This document shows positions 25,546-38,575 of a DNA stretch of 64,000 nucleotides, piece by piece. The translations under genes and the position numbers were made by a program. Where the stretch lies: positions 57,042,642 through 57,106,641 of the forward strand of contig NC_068984.1 of assembly GCF_001194135.2 (NCBI RefSeq). The letters run 5' to 3'. The notes under the pieces are model-generated. The model worked only from the letters and a program-made list of their open reading frames with translations, did no database searches and was not told the origin of the DNA. Origin of the DNA: Octopus bimaculoides (taxonomy: Eukaryota). Positions within the stretch are counted from its first letter, which is position 1; each line of letters opens with the position of its first letter.

Positions 25546-26278
25546 ACCGTGTGGTATTTGTTTCAGCTCATTGTGTTCTAAGTTAAAATCCTGCCATGGC
25601 TTACATGAGTGGTACACTTAAATCACTCCCTCATTTTAACACTACCGCTCCACCCCCAAGCATCTAAGGTACTTATAATAGAATCCATTCTGTTGTAAGC
25701 ATTTGCACCAGGTAACTGGGTTGAGGATATTTTCCTTGTTTCTCCCACAAGTCTTGGAGGCACTAAAAAATATCATAGATACTTCCTTCCCTTCTGACTG
25801 AAAGGTAATAAAAGTCACAACATACATTCTCAATGTCATTATTTAGTGAGTTTTCTGCTAAATAGGTAGTGTTAATTTTTTTCGTGGAAAAATCTGAAGT
25901 TGATCTGAAAAATGTAGGTTAAAATATATTTTTGAAAATTATTACATCATTATATTTGAATAGATATTGTTACATCAATTATGATTGCATGGTTTGATGT
26001 TTGAGCTAATGTAAAATGTACATAGTTTACATAATACTTAACATTCAATACTACTGACAAGGTTGAATATCTGGTACAAAGACTATAAATTTAACACTTA
26101 GGTAACCTTCTCCACATATACACATACACTGAAATCATCTACAGCTGATATACTATTTATACATACATTGTTTATTCATTTCAATACTATTTCTTTTTCA
26201 TATTTTCTTTTATAATAATTGCATATAGCTTTTATCATTATAATGGTCAATGCACATGCACACTTCTACACACACACA

Positions 26279-26325
<47 letters not shown>

Positions 26326-27151
26326 TTTTGGCTTTTGTGCTGTTTCTATTTGACAAATTCATTATTTTGTCCCACGCATTTCACAAATCTCAAATATCCG
26401 TTGGATCAGTACATTGTGTAGTGGTAGATGAATGAATGAGAAACAGATCTCTCTCAAGTTAAAGTGCTAACCTATCACAGATAACATTTATCTATTCCTA
26501 ATCAACTTAGTATATGCCATGTAAACTATGGTTTTTCTGCTTGGAGACATAAAGAAATGCTTGCAGAGAATTTGAATATTAATCATTTGTTGGTAGGCCA
26601 ATACGTTATTCACTGGGTTCAACTGTTGTAAGCTACTATGTTGTTGTTTAGCCCCCGCCCCCCGTCAATCCTGGTCATTAAAATCAGTGACTACATTGTC
26701 CAATATGTTAATTTTTGTTAAGATGGTAGGGTGATTTGGCTGGTTGTGTATGTTCACATCTCCTTCATCAGCTTGTTACTCAAAGTATCATTATTGTTTA
26801 ACTCCAAGACAGTCAGTCTTTACTTAACTGATGTGATCAGAGAGCGTCCCAGCCATGACCATCCTGTCATTTTCTTATAAGCAGAGAACCTTGAACCTCA
26901 TTATCCAATGTCCTTTTCTAATATGAAGAGTGTGATTTGAGCAAATTTAACTGTTATTTCTACCAGGTCAAACAGTCACATAGAGATTCCTTCATTGGTT
27001 CAAGCTCCCTCATTGGTTCCTACAAAGTGCGTAAAATCTGGTGACAGTCACTATTATTCATCAGAGTTAAGCAGAGAAGTTTGGTTTACTTGAAAGTTAT
27101 ATAAACATATTATATATTGAATATGGCTTTTCTTTTATAGTAAACGAGACA

Positions 27152-27233
27152 CAAGGGTGTCCATAAATTATCTTTACAACTTCCACGTTTATGAACTTCA
27201 AATTGTAAAGGTAATTTATTGCCCTCTTCCCTG
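27152..27233. mobile_element. Tiny Tc1/mariner-type MITE
   Basis: CAAGGGTGTCCATAAATTATCTTTACAA...TTGTAAAGGTAATTTAT imperfect inverted ends. Confidence 0.5.
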
Positions 27234-28220
27234 TTTTGGAAAAAAATGTCCATAGCAAGCATATTGGAGGTAAGATTAGTTGAAAACATGAAAAACCTTA
27301 ATTATTACCAATTTTATTTTGTGTTGTCGTTAGTCAACATACAAACTCACTTCTTTTTATAAGTATATAGACGTATGTTGAATACATCTCATTTTATATA
27401 ACATATGTGTGTTAAATATGTCTGTAATAAAATAAGAGTGCTATGTAAAACATGCCATACAAATTTGAAACCCCCCCCCCACACTTCTTTCTTACTAAAT
27501 AAATAACATGAATTTTGGAACTCCATTCTTTTTGAGGGAAAGCACATTGGGGAGAAGTTGTTAAAATTAAGAATAGTAAATCTTGTGTACTAAAACAATT
27601 TGTTTTCTTTGTGTTGTCAAATCCACTCTCCTTCACTCGCTGCTCTTGTGGAAACAGAAATATTTTCTTTAGTATTTTTTTCCCTCCCCTTAAATTTTTC
27701 TCATCAGCAGTAATAGAAAAGAAAATTCCCCATTTGACAAGAAAATCCAATACAAACTGTAAATTATTCCACTATGTATATGGTACGTTTATTTTTCAGG
27801 AAGAAATAAAAATTAAAAAAGGGTCAGGTTTTCTTTTTCTCTTGTATCCCTTCTTTTTCCTTTAATTCTTACTCTGTTCCTGCTCTATTGTTTTAGTGAA
27901 TTTGCAGTCATAGTATTTCTACCTCTCTAAGTCTTTCTTTTTGCCTTCTCTAACAAGGAATACTTTGGAGGTGTTTTTTTTTACTTCTTTGTTTTTTTTT
28001 TTTGAGGTTGGGGTTTAAATTCATGCCTAAAGGCTTATTTTAAAAATTTTGTATAAGTATTGGTATCGCTGTATAATTAAGAAGCTCACTGCACAACCAT
28101 GTGGTGCTGACTCCAATGTTACTGCAAGAAACCTAGGCCACATATCTTTTAGTGTAGCCCCAGGTTGACCAATGCTTTCTCGGTAGAATTTTGTGGCTAA
28201 GTAGAAACTTTTTGTGTGTG

Positions 28221-28500
28221 TGTGAAGGTGCATGGCTTAGTATTTGGCTCATGATCGTAAGGTTGTGAGTTTGATACTTGGTAGCACATTGTGTCCTTGA
28301 GCAAGACTCTTTATTTCATATTGCTCTAGTCTACTCAGTTGGCAAATATTGATTGTACCAGTATTTCAAAGAGCTAGCCTTTTCACATTCTGTTTCACAA
28401 AACCTCTCTCAGTACTTTCTAAAGGGAACTCTTGTCTGAGAAATGCTCAATCACTAGCGGTTGGAATAACCATCTAAGGGATAAGAATATATGTTATTAC
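28221..28500 (+). mobile_element. SINE family B, decayed
   Basis: GTGAAGGTGCATGGCTTAG...GTGTCCTTGAGCAAGAC; homologous to 17998-18303. Confidence 0.75.
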
Positions 28501-28562
28501 TACCAGTATAAATTAGCTCTGCTAATCCTGGTCATGGATATGCAAGCATGATATGCTCATAG

Positions 28563-28726
28563 GATACAGGTAATAACAAAATAAACAAGAGTTTATCAGG
28601 AATCAAATTTAAAATAAGCAGAAAAATGGAGAAAACTTTTGATCAACAAGTTTTTACTTCATGGGTATATTGGACTTTGGTCAATTCCATCATGGACAAC
28701 AGGTGGTTGGTCCTTAGAGTATATCA
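28563..28726 (+). CDS. Candidate exon (DTGNNKINKSLSGIKFKISRKMEKTFDQQVFTSWVYWTLVNSIMDNRWLVLRVY)
   Basis: CTCATAG acceptor, GTAAGT donor, 164-nt open frame. A second frame is open from 28618 (...FLLHGYIGLWSIPSWTTGGWSLEYI), so the frame is unresolved. Confidence 0.45.
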
Positions 28727-28829
28727 GTAAGTACACTATTGTAACAACTTTATGGGTATGTTTTTGGATAAATATTAATTAGCACTATTTATGAAATCAT
28801 AAGTACTATTCTTTTTCTAGACTTATTGG

Positions 28830-29200
28830 CGAATCCAGTTATACTTAAGTACTAGTTTTATTTTCTTATTATTTATACACCCTGGTACCCCTAAAGAAAG
28901 ATTAACCCACCAGTTATTTATCTAGTTTATCTATTTGCTCATTGACTTCAAGCTTTACACTGCAAAATGGTATGATTCTAATTTATTAAGCCTTCTTTCC
29001 TCATCTCAAGGCCCTGTTCTTTCCTCTTCTCTCTTTTCTTCTTTTATTTTATGTATTTGTTGTCACTCTGATGAAGCTCCATATACTAGATCGGATGTGC
29101 TATAAAAGATGATGAATTCTATTCTCATAATTTTCTTTGGCAGCACCAACTGACATAGGTATCAGAAACAGCTGTTAGCAATGTTAAAGTTTTCTATTTA
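28830..29200 (+). mobile_element. Penelope-like 3'/pLTR relic with hammerhead-like motif
   Basis: Pyrimidine-rich run, then CTCTGATGAAGC...CAGAAACAGCTGTT. Confidence 0.45.
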
Positions 29201-29680
29201 AAAATAATAACTTGTGGTAGTCAGTTTGTTTGTTGATCAAAAGTTTTTTCCATTTTCTGCTTATTTTATACATATATATATATATGTGTGTGTATATGAT
29301 GTTCCATGATGGTAAAATCAACAAAAAAGTACTCCATCTGATGAGAGATAGATATATATTATGATTTCACGTAGGTATAGTGATACTAATCACCAGTTAT
29401 TAGAACTCATTGTAAATATATTTTAAAATAAAGTATAATTTATGTGGAGTAACTTTACATTAAGGAGTGAGATGTACAATTTCCTGTAATTCAGACTGCC
29501 TCATGGTCCTAGCAGACAAAATGGAAATGTCATTTAATATCCACCTTCCATGCTGTCATGNNNNNNNNNNNNNNNNNNNNNNNNNNNNNNNNNNNNNNNN
29601 NNNNNNNNNNNNNNNNNNNNNNNNNNNNNNNNNNNNNNNNNNNNNNNNNNNNNNNNNNNNNNNNNNNNNNNNNNNNNNNN

Positions 29681-29720
<40 letters not shown>

Positions 29721-30527
29721 TGTTTTTAGTCAGACAAAATAGGTATTCTAAGTTTAAACACAACTGGTGTTTACTTTGCCTTTCATTGCTCTTAGGTTAA
29801 TAAAACAAATACCTGTCATATAGTGCTATAGTATTTCATTTGATTAGATACCCCTTTCTAGAAACTTGTGGCCTCACATGATCAAAACAAATCAAATTAT
29901 CATAATTCTAAAGAAATTCACAAGTTATTTTAATATATGTTGAACATGAATGTTGATTGTAAATTATGAAAGTATGTATAGGGGGTTACTATAAATGTTT
30001 TTATTGGCTATCTAGAAATAGTTTTATTGTACATGTTACAATAATATTTGAGGCTCTGTTTGCTGTGTGTGTGTGTAATCAATATTTTTTATGGGTTAAT
30101 TGTATTGTAGGAAGTTAACTCAGTAGAGTTAACTTATAGCAATCTATATTTGCATATCCCAGTTTCAATTCTCATTTGTGGCAAATTCATTCTTCTTGTA
30201 CTATCATTGTGCTAAAGAAAGGCATGAACATGATATCATTTTCAGTTTGTTCATATGTTCATTTACTGGTTTCTGTCATTGAACAGTGGTTATCTTGGAG
30301 TGATCCCCTTCAAGTGTTTTGTTGATCATTTTGGCTCTAGTAATTACTCCAGTTTGATACTTATTTTATCGATTTCTGTTTGCTGAATAGTTATGCTACA
30401 TTTTAGATATAAAGGGCCATAATTCAACACATCAGTTTACATTGATAAAATGGTAAACATAAACATTGACATGGATACTGTCATTTGCACACATGTGCAT
30501 GCGTGCACACACACAGACACACACAAA

Positions 30528-31005
30528 TATAGGCTTCAGCACAATTTCTGTCTCTCTAATTGCACTTACAAAGCATTAGTCAACTGAAGTCTACAATTGT
30601 TGGCACTCCATCGCTTACAACGTCGAGGGTTCCAGTTGATCCGATCAACAAAACAGCCTGCTCGTGAAATTAACATGCAAGTGGCTGACCCTTTGAATTA
30701 CAAGCACAACAGAAACAGGAAGTAAGAGTGAGAGAAAGTTGTGGTGAAAGAGTACAGCAGGGTTTGCCATCATCCCCTGCCGGAGCCTCGTGGAGCTTTA
30801 GGTGTTTTCGCTCAATAAACACTCACAACGCCTGGTCTGGGAATCAAAACCGTGGTCCTATGAATGCGAGTCCGCTGCCCTAACCACTGGGCCATTGCGC
30901 CTCCGAAGGCTACAATAGAAGATGCTTATCTAAGGTGCCATGCAGTGGGATTGAACCCAGAGCGATGTGGTTCTGAAGCAAACTTCTTAACCACACACAG
31001 CCATT
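30528..31005 (-). mobile_element. SINE family A interrupted by SINE family B (about 30597-30904)
   Basis: Family A halves flank a family B copy; target duplication GAAGTCTACAA / GAAGGCTACAA. Confidence 0.85.
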
Positions 31006-31860
31006 CAAAAAATTGTTTTCTTCTTTAAATCAGATTAGTAGAAAAGGGTTCAATTTCTGGGGGTTTTTTGTCTTTTTTTTAAAGGCAGTTTAATACAAAG
31101 ACAAAAACAAGAAAGTATTATTTTATTATTTAAATAAAAACCCTATACTATTTAAGATTCCGGAAATAATAACTTTCTCTCATTTACATGAAATCTCAGC
31201 TTGATGCATAAGAAAGTAGTGTCAAAATAATGGCTAAAACAAGAGACATCTTATTTAGTCATTCATATTATTCTATGATTATTTTCATTTTCAAGAAGGT
31301 TCACGTGTCTAATAAATCACATGGTTTACATTTATGACAGGTTTATATAAAAATCAAAGTTTATTCATCTATTCTTGTCAAGCTACTCTACTACCTATAA
31401 TGAAGAGGTAGTGCAAATGTACTAAATGGAGATTATGTTCACATAAAATGGCTACACCACAAAGAAAGCTTGCGCGTAATTGCCATGCTTAATGTTGTGA
31501 CTTTTGTCTATTTTTCAAGTCTGAGATTATTAAATGGCTTTATGTTAATCTTTTAACTTGTGTGTTATCCTTATGTATAATATGCTTGATTAGTTAACAG
31601 AAGTAACTGTTTTATAATCATTACAGTATTTTTTAAAAGACATCTAGACCTATTAAAATACTATTTGTTTTGTGATTATTGGATTATTTTCATGATTAAA
31701 TTTTGATAGTTCCTGGTGGCTTTTTTTTCTCTTCAGTTATTTCAAGTTAATCCTTAGGTCTTAGTTTATGCATTTGATGATTAATATGTAAAAAGTTAAG
31801 ATGTTCTGAGAGCGTTTGATACAAGCTTAGGCTTTCAGCTATGATTGGCATGCAAATCTC

Positions 31861-32845
31861 TTGGTAAAACTGTCTCTCTATGGCTTTCTTTTATCGTTTG
31901 TCTCTTGGATAACAGGCTTTCTGTCAGATTGCATCATTGCAGCAGGTGCTGATGAAGATCTCTTGGACATCTTGTATTCTTTTAGCTTTGCTCCAAGGTT
32001 TGGTTTTATTCTCCTATATGACAGTGATATATTTGCTTTCACTTCCAACAGTGTCTACTTCTATGTAGATGGTACCATTCTGCATTCCTCCTTAACCTTA
32101 TGCACCTAAAAATCATCCACATGTAGCTTAGTCACTGCAAATCAAATCTGCATTGACTACTTAAAGAGTGAACTCAGAAACATCATACAATGTGGTCATA
32201 CCAATCTTACCTCCTTCAACAACATTAAAACACACTTTATACAGTGAGAAAACATTATTGTACCCCATCTCACCCACTAAACATATACAGTACACAACTA
32301 GAACTCTCATGAGCACATAAATGCTTGGCCTCACAATCTCTAAAGATCTCTCCAAGCAAATGTATGCCCTCGACATAGTTGGTCACAACTGTATCACCAA
32401 AACTTGCTTTCCTCTTCAGGGTCAGAAAATGCTACTACTTGCTACAAATTCCAGATAAAATTCACAAAGTACTTCTCCCACCTCTAGGTTATGCTGCTAC
32501 ATATTCACAGATGTGTTAAACTACATCTAAAGAAAAGCAGCTCAGCTGATTGCATGAAGTTACTCACCAACACACTTCAATGTTTGACCAACAGTCCTTC
32601 TGTATCCTCTTTTTTACTTTTTCTGTCTCTACTGCAGTGGCCTCTTCTCCATGGATCTGGTTGATCTCATGCCACCTCCACTTTCATTACCTATATTATG
32701 TCCATATCTCAGGTCCCACACTAACGACCACTATTTCCAAACCTTTCTCCCCAGAAAGTTGCTCCTCTGGAATTCCATCCTTCTGTACATCTTCTCACTG
32801 CTAACTTGCAGCTGCCTGAGAGGAACATTAACCATATCATTCTCA
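31861..32845 (+). mobile_element. Decayed CR1/L2-group LINE (RT C-terminal part and 3' end)
   Basis: LSLYGFLLSFVSWITGFLSD...YFYVDGTILHSS corresponds to a decayed SW..SFLS...YADD..LHSS; later FLPR..LWNS motif. Confidence 0.7.
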
Positions 32846-35167
32846 TGGATCTTGAAAGGCTTATAAAAACTATGAGTACAGCTATATCCTTTGGATTAGA
32901 CCAATAACATTAAAAAATAGAAAGGAATGTAATTGAGTTTAGAAAGACTACATAAGAACATTTCACTAGAATCCTACTTTTGCTCTTGTCTGTTTCCGTT
33001 GCAATACAAATATGGTGACAGCTGTGACTGGACTAGTGTGGAGGATTAAAAATAGACAGACAAGTAATGTATAATTAATCAGGTAGAGTTCAGAACTGTT
33101 GCTATAGCTTTAAATATAATAGAAAATATACTATTACAGTCAAATCACATTAAGTATATCAGTTTTGGTATCTTGTAAAATTTGAAGATAAAAAGAAGGA
33201 AAATGGACAGATAAAATTCTATATATCTGATTAAAACATTTTTTGAAATTTTTGTGCAATTAGTTTCTTTGAGAATTGGGTTAATTACACACATTATGAA
33301 AATGAACTATATAAAACATTACCACATGTATTGGTAAAGTATTGGTAACTGTCATTTGGAAATGTATGACTACTTAATTTACTTTCCATTGAAAGTTGAC
33401 TAACTAGCCTGTATCATTGATGTCATTTCTCATCACTGCTGTTGTTTCTCTAATTAAAACAACCATTCACGAGTATACTGCTTTATGAAATATCAATATC
33501 GAAATGTTTTAAGACATTATAATGCCTTGAATCCTTTTTACTTGGTGACTGTTTTGCAATGCACTCCCTTGCAGAGCTCCATATCAAAGCTGTTTCAGCC
33601 ATGACCCAAAGCATTAATATTTTCATGCCTCTGTGGTGTTTACATGAACTAATACTTACAGTTATGTTTGAAGTGGTTTTGCACAATACTTGTATGTCAT
33701 TCTCCTGCAAAGAAACTACTCCTTTCTGAAAGTGTGATGATATGTACAAAGACTTTTTTGTTTTTCCTAATTGCCAACTTGTTCCAGAAATGTTCATGGT
33801 ACAACTTGCAGTCACAAATTCATAATTATCACACCATTTCTTGTAGCATGGGTGTAGAAATCTGGACTTAAAGCAAGTTTTGTGCTAGCCATCTTAGTAT
33901 TTTATGCTGAACCATCCTTTCATATGAGATATATGGATTGCAGATGAAAGCAAGAAAATTACAATTAATGCACCGAGCAGTAAACTTAGCCCTGTTCTAA
34001 CAGAATTAACCTCACACCTTCAGTCACCTTTTTAAAATTGTTTTCTCTTGTTAGATTGTGTTTATTAATGATATTTCTTCCTGTCTTCTACACCATCTGC
34101 AAATGGACAATAAATACTGTAATTATCATGTTTTTACTTCCTTCATCAAAACTATATAGTTCACAATATGCAAAATACAAGAAAATTTATAGTTCTAAAA
34201 CCTATTCCTATTAAATTTCTTACAAAACATATGCATACATATTTATGCACCCTTGTGCATATGTAATTTGTGAGGTCTTCTATCATGTAGTGTCAAATCA
34301 TTTGTATCATAAAACAAACAACTGGGTGTTGTCACAAATTGGGTTTCCATTTTGTGATTTTTATCTTGACAATCAGGTCTCAGTTATTTGCTCTGGCATT
34401 CCTTTTGTTGGAGTCCTGAAAACCTTTTGTAGTCTTACTCTATGGCCATATTATCTAAATAAATTCTTTTGTGTGTGTGGGTGGTGGGTGGGGTAATTTT
34501 GTTCAAAGTTTCGTTTTGCAAAATCTAACTCAGTATTTTGCACGTGCAATTTTATATATTGTTTCTTGATAAAATGATAAGTGTTACTTTCTTAGGACAC
34601 AGCATTTGATTAGTAGCTGTTGATTTTATTGTTGAATTTTATTTTCTTCTTGTTTGCTTTTCTGAGATACTATGGTTTTATTAAGAAAAATTAAGCTTGA
34701 ATTTTATGGGAGTTTGACAGTTAATTTGTAGTAATACTTTTTTATGATGGGGGAGAGCTTTTCTCTGTACAAGTATTATTATCTGTTAAGTAAAAAAATG
34801 CCTAAGCATACTAAATAGACTTTGACCACAGAATATTCAATGTTGAAAGGCATGATTTTTACTATAATAAATGGGTATCTAAGCAATATTGGCACAAGAT
34901 ATGATCCTGAGAATATGACACCTAAAGACTGAGAAGTTTAGAAGACATGTAATTTTTTTGATAGTACCTTTTGGAACAGAATTTCTGAACAGAAAGTAGA
35001 TTGTATACTACTTGAAATGTGTAGTAGTAGTAGTAGCAGTAGCAGTAGTAGTAGTAGTAGTAGCAGCTGCAGCAACAGCAGCTCTAGTTGTTGTTGTTGC
35101 ATTATGACAGGCAGTTCTGCTCAAGTACAGTAACTAGAATTAGTTCAAAATTAATCCACACATCTAG

Positions 35168-35223
35168 TGCATCTTATTATACACCGATGTATTTGGACTG
35201 GTGCCTTCATCTTGTATGTTACG
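35168..35223 (+). CDS. Candidate exon (frame unresolved)
   Basis: CATCTAG acceptor, ACG|GTAACA donor; all three frames open; two CpGs retained. Confidence 0.25.
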
Positions 35224-35666
35224 GTAACAACATTTTCATTGTACCTTTCAGCTTACTTCAGGTGCATGTCATAACTGGTAATTTTCCTGGAATTTCAACT
35301 CTATATTATATTCATAGGCATAAATTGTTCTCATTCCATTATACTAGTAATGCAATTAATTTTGTGTTAATTATTTTTCCACTTATGATGCCACCTGGTT
35401 TTTTTCTGCTTGAACTAAAATATAAATTGACTGACCCAGGGAATGAGCATTCACCCACAGTATAACACTTGACTTAAAATCACTCTCCTATTGTCCTTAA
35501 AAATTATCCCTGGTATGTAGACAATGGATGGAGTAAAATCGACCAAACACCCAAGGTTCAGTTCAAAATACTGAGAATATTACCAAGTATGAAAATATGA
35601 CAGGCACCTGAAGAAGGCTGTTGATAATAGTAACCAAGAAAAGAACAGTCTCAATATATCGGTGTA

Positions 35667-36065
35667 TAATAATAATAATAATAATCCTTTCTATAGGTAT
35701 AGGGCCTGAAATTTTGGTGGATGGTTGGTTACATTGACCCCAGTGTTTCACTAGTACTTAATTTATTGACCTTAAAAAGATGAAAGGCAAAGTTGAACTC
35801 AGAATTTAAAGATGAACAAAATGCCACTATGCCATAATAACAATAATAATAATGATGATGATGATTCTTTCTACTAATAGGGACATGGACTGAAATTTAG
35901 TGAGAGAGGGCTAGTTAATTTAATTGACCCCAGTGTTTAATTGGGATCGATAAAAGGATGCAAGACAGAATAGTCAGTGGTACTTGAACTCAGAATGTAA
36001 GGCCAAAAGAAATGCTGATAAGTATTTTGTCAGACACACTAATAATTCTGCCAGCTCACTGCCTT

Positions 36066-36096
<31 letters not shown>

Positions 36097-37613
36097 TAAT
36101 GGCAGTGGTGGTTTCAAATTTTGCCACAAGGGCAGCCATTTTGGGAGAGGAGATGAGTCAATTACATCGACCCCAGTGTTGAACTGGTACTTATTCTATC
36201 AACCCCGAAGGATGAAAGGTATAGTTGACCTTGGCGGAATTTGAACTCTTGACATAGCGATCGGTGAAATACTGCTAAGCATTTCGTCTGGCATGCTAAC
36301 AATCCTGACAGCTCACTGCCTTCAATAATGATAATAATAGGGCTTCATTGTAGCCACTCAGGTTCAGTGTCTACCCACCAGAAACTACCAAGCAAGCATT
36401 CTTAAAAATGGTGCCAATCTTGCTTGCTGCTTTTGTGGTACATCCAGGGAAATAATTGACCACTTATCTCTGGATGCTCTATGCTTGCCTCAAATGAATA
36501 TTTGATACCATGATAGTTTTGGTCTGTATTTGCACTGGATCATATGTTGTAAGTCTAGACACCCATATGAGAAGAACTGGTGGGAACATAAGCCTGCTAA
36601 AGTAGTAGAAAATAATATCACTTTAGTATCAAAACTGATCATGTTTTACAGACCAGTAGACCAGATATTGTGTTAAAAAACCATGCTGACAAAACATGTC
36701 TGCTCATAGATATGTCAATCCCAGCAGACTGCAATGCACCTCTCTAAAAAAATTTGAGAAGGTAAGTAAATATGAAATAGAGGTCTCAAAAATGTGGTAT
36801 CTAAGAACAACAACTGTACCTGTGATTATCAGAGTTTTGGGGACAACCCAAATGGCACACTTATACACTATGGCTAGGTACTAGGTTAATCCCAAGGCAT
36901 CATAACTATACAAAAATCATTCTCTTGGGTACTGCCCACATCCTAAGAAAGTCATTCTCAACTTGAAAATACCTGATTCTCTTAAAACTCTTTCAAAACA
37001 GAAATATTAAAATTAAACAGAATCCTAATTCTCAGATTCTGGTCATCTTCCCATAAAATCACTGCTAATCATAAATAACACCCATAGTAAAATGTCCAAT
37101 TTGCTGTTACTTGTGGTCTCTGGGTGAGACTTGGAACAGCTCATATGAAACAAAGCAACAGTAACATGAACAAAAATAACAATGTTAATAATAATGGTTT
37201 CAAATTTTGGGAGAAAGGGCTCGTCAATTACATAGACCCCAGTGCTTGACTGGTTCTTATTTTTTTGACCCTAAAAGAATGAATGGTAAAGTTGACCTTG
37301 GCGAAATTTGAACTCAGAACATAAAGTGGGAGTAAATGTCACTAAGCATTTTGCCTTGTATGCTAACAATTCTGCGAGCTTACTGCCTAATAATGATAAT
37401 AATAAGTTTGACACAAGGGTAGTAATTTTGAGGGGTGGAGGAAGCTAATTACATTGACCTCTGTACTGAACTGGTACTTATTTTATTGACCCCCCCAAAC
37501 GGATGAACAGTAAAGCTGACCTCAGTAGAATTTGAACTTGAAACATGCAGATCTGGAAGAAATGCTGCTAGGCATGATAACAGTTCTGCTTTAATAATGA
37601 TAATAATAATAAT
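35667..37613 (-). mobile_element. Array of 5 SINE family C copies separated by (AAT)n tracts, with an embedded LINE
   Basis: Units at about 35686-35838, 35869-36063, 36110-36322, 37197-37388 and 37405-37592, all in the same orientation, each preceded by an AAT tract. Confidence 0.88.
36339..37170 (+). mobile_element. 5'-truncated RLE-type non-LTR retrotransposon (R4/Dong-like)
   Basis: Decayed CCHC finger (CCFCGTSREIIDHL...), NWWEHKP, RPDIVL..DKTCLLIDMSIP, FEKVSKY, VPVII, LLGTAHILRK*, followed by a UTR ending in an AAT tract. Confidence 0.85.
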
Positions 37614-37749
37614 TCTTCACCTCAGAAATTTAGACAATTGCACATTTCAGTTTCAACTCAGTCTCTACTGGTTATGTGAGCACACAGTATTGTGGCTATT
37701 TGAATGTTTCATTCATTTACCATTCTTCTAGTTTTAATATGTTTGTTAG

Positions 37750-37793
37750 ATTTATTTATGGTGCAAGAGAAACAGGTTAAATTAGTTCAACCA
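37750..37793 (+). CDS. Candidate micro-exon (DLFMVQEKQVKLVQP)
   Basis: TTTGTTAG acceptor, GTATGT donor; phase-compatible with neighbouring candidates in one reading. Confidence 0.25.
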
Positions 37794-38530
37794 GTATGTA
37801 CTAAGTTCGACTTCTCAGAATTTATTATAAAGGGATGCGAAAGCAACACAAAGCTTGGTCCAGAAAAGGGATTGATTTTAAAGCTATATTAGTGTATATA
37901 TAGTTTTGGAGACGTATAGGAGTAAATGTTTGTCTTGATTAGATGATGAGAGAGTAAATTTATAGTGGTACTGTGAGAGTATTATAGAGTGCTGTTAAAA
38001 GCGTTTCCAAATGGTTGAACATATTGCCAGAGTGGTTTGTACTGGAATGGACTGTGGTTTATGAATTGTAGCCTTTACATATTGAGGTAGGCTTTGAATA
38101 GTGGAAATACAATGAACTTCTCAATAGAAGTGTAAAGGTTTGTAAGTGAAGAATTGGTATGAAACAAATGTGCTTAAATATAACTGATATTTTTTACTAT
38201 GATAATAATTGGTAATAGAAACTTAGATTTAATGTCTAGCTTTTCTAATTTTTCTGTGTAAAAATGTGATTAGTATTATAAAAACAGATTACATATTAAT
38301 TTCAGAGTCTTGTTTGCTTGTTCAGCTTTGCCACTTTTACCAAATATAGGATAAAGTAGTGTTTTCACCAAAGGCCATTTACTGTTTCTCTCTTTTCATG
38401 GACATGACGAACTTTACAGTTTAAAAAGAAATTTTTTTTTATTTATTTACTTTTTTCTTAAGAATCTACATTAATTATTTTATCTAGTTGGTTTTCACAA
38501 TTTTATTTATTTTTCTGTTTTTGTTTCCAG

Positions 38531-38575
38531 AAAGGAATATATGCTGTAAAGGGTGAAGACAGTCAAGACATTAAG
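38531..38575 (+). CDS. Candidate exon (KGIYAVKGEDSQDIK)
   Basis: Long polypyrimidine tract with TTTCCAG acceptor, AAG|GTAAGT donor; only one frame open; 45 nt. Confidence 0.6.

Noticed and set aside
33483-33871. Overlapping ORFs on both strands in repeat-free sequence
   Set aside because: No recognisable motifs and no convincing splice boundaries.
37800-38200. G/T-skewed stretch considered as a numt or LRR-coding relic (similar skew at 17340-17570)
   Set aside because: No sustained open frame in the frames tried under standard or invertebrate mitochondrial code, and no recognisable motif.
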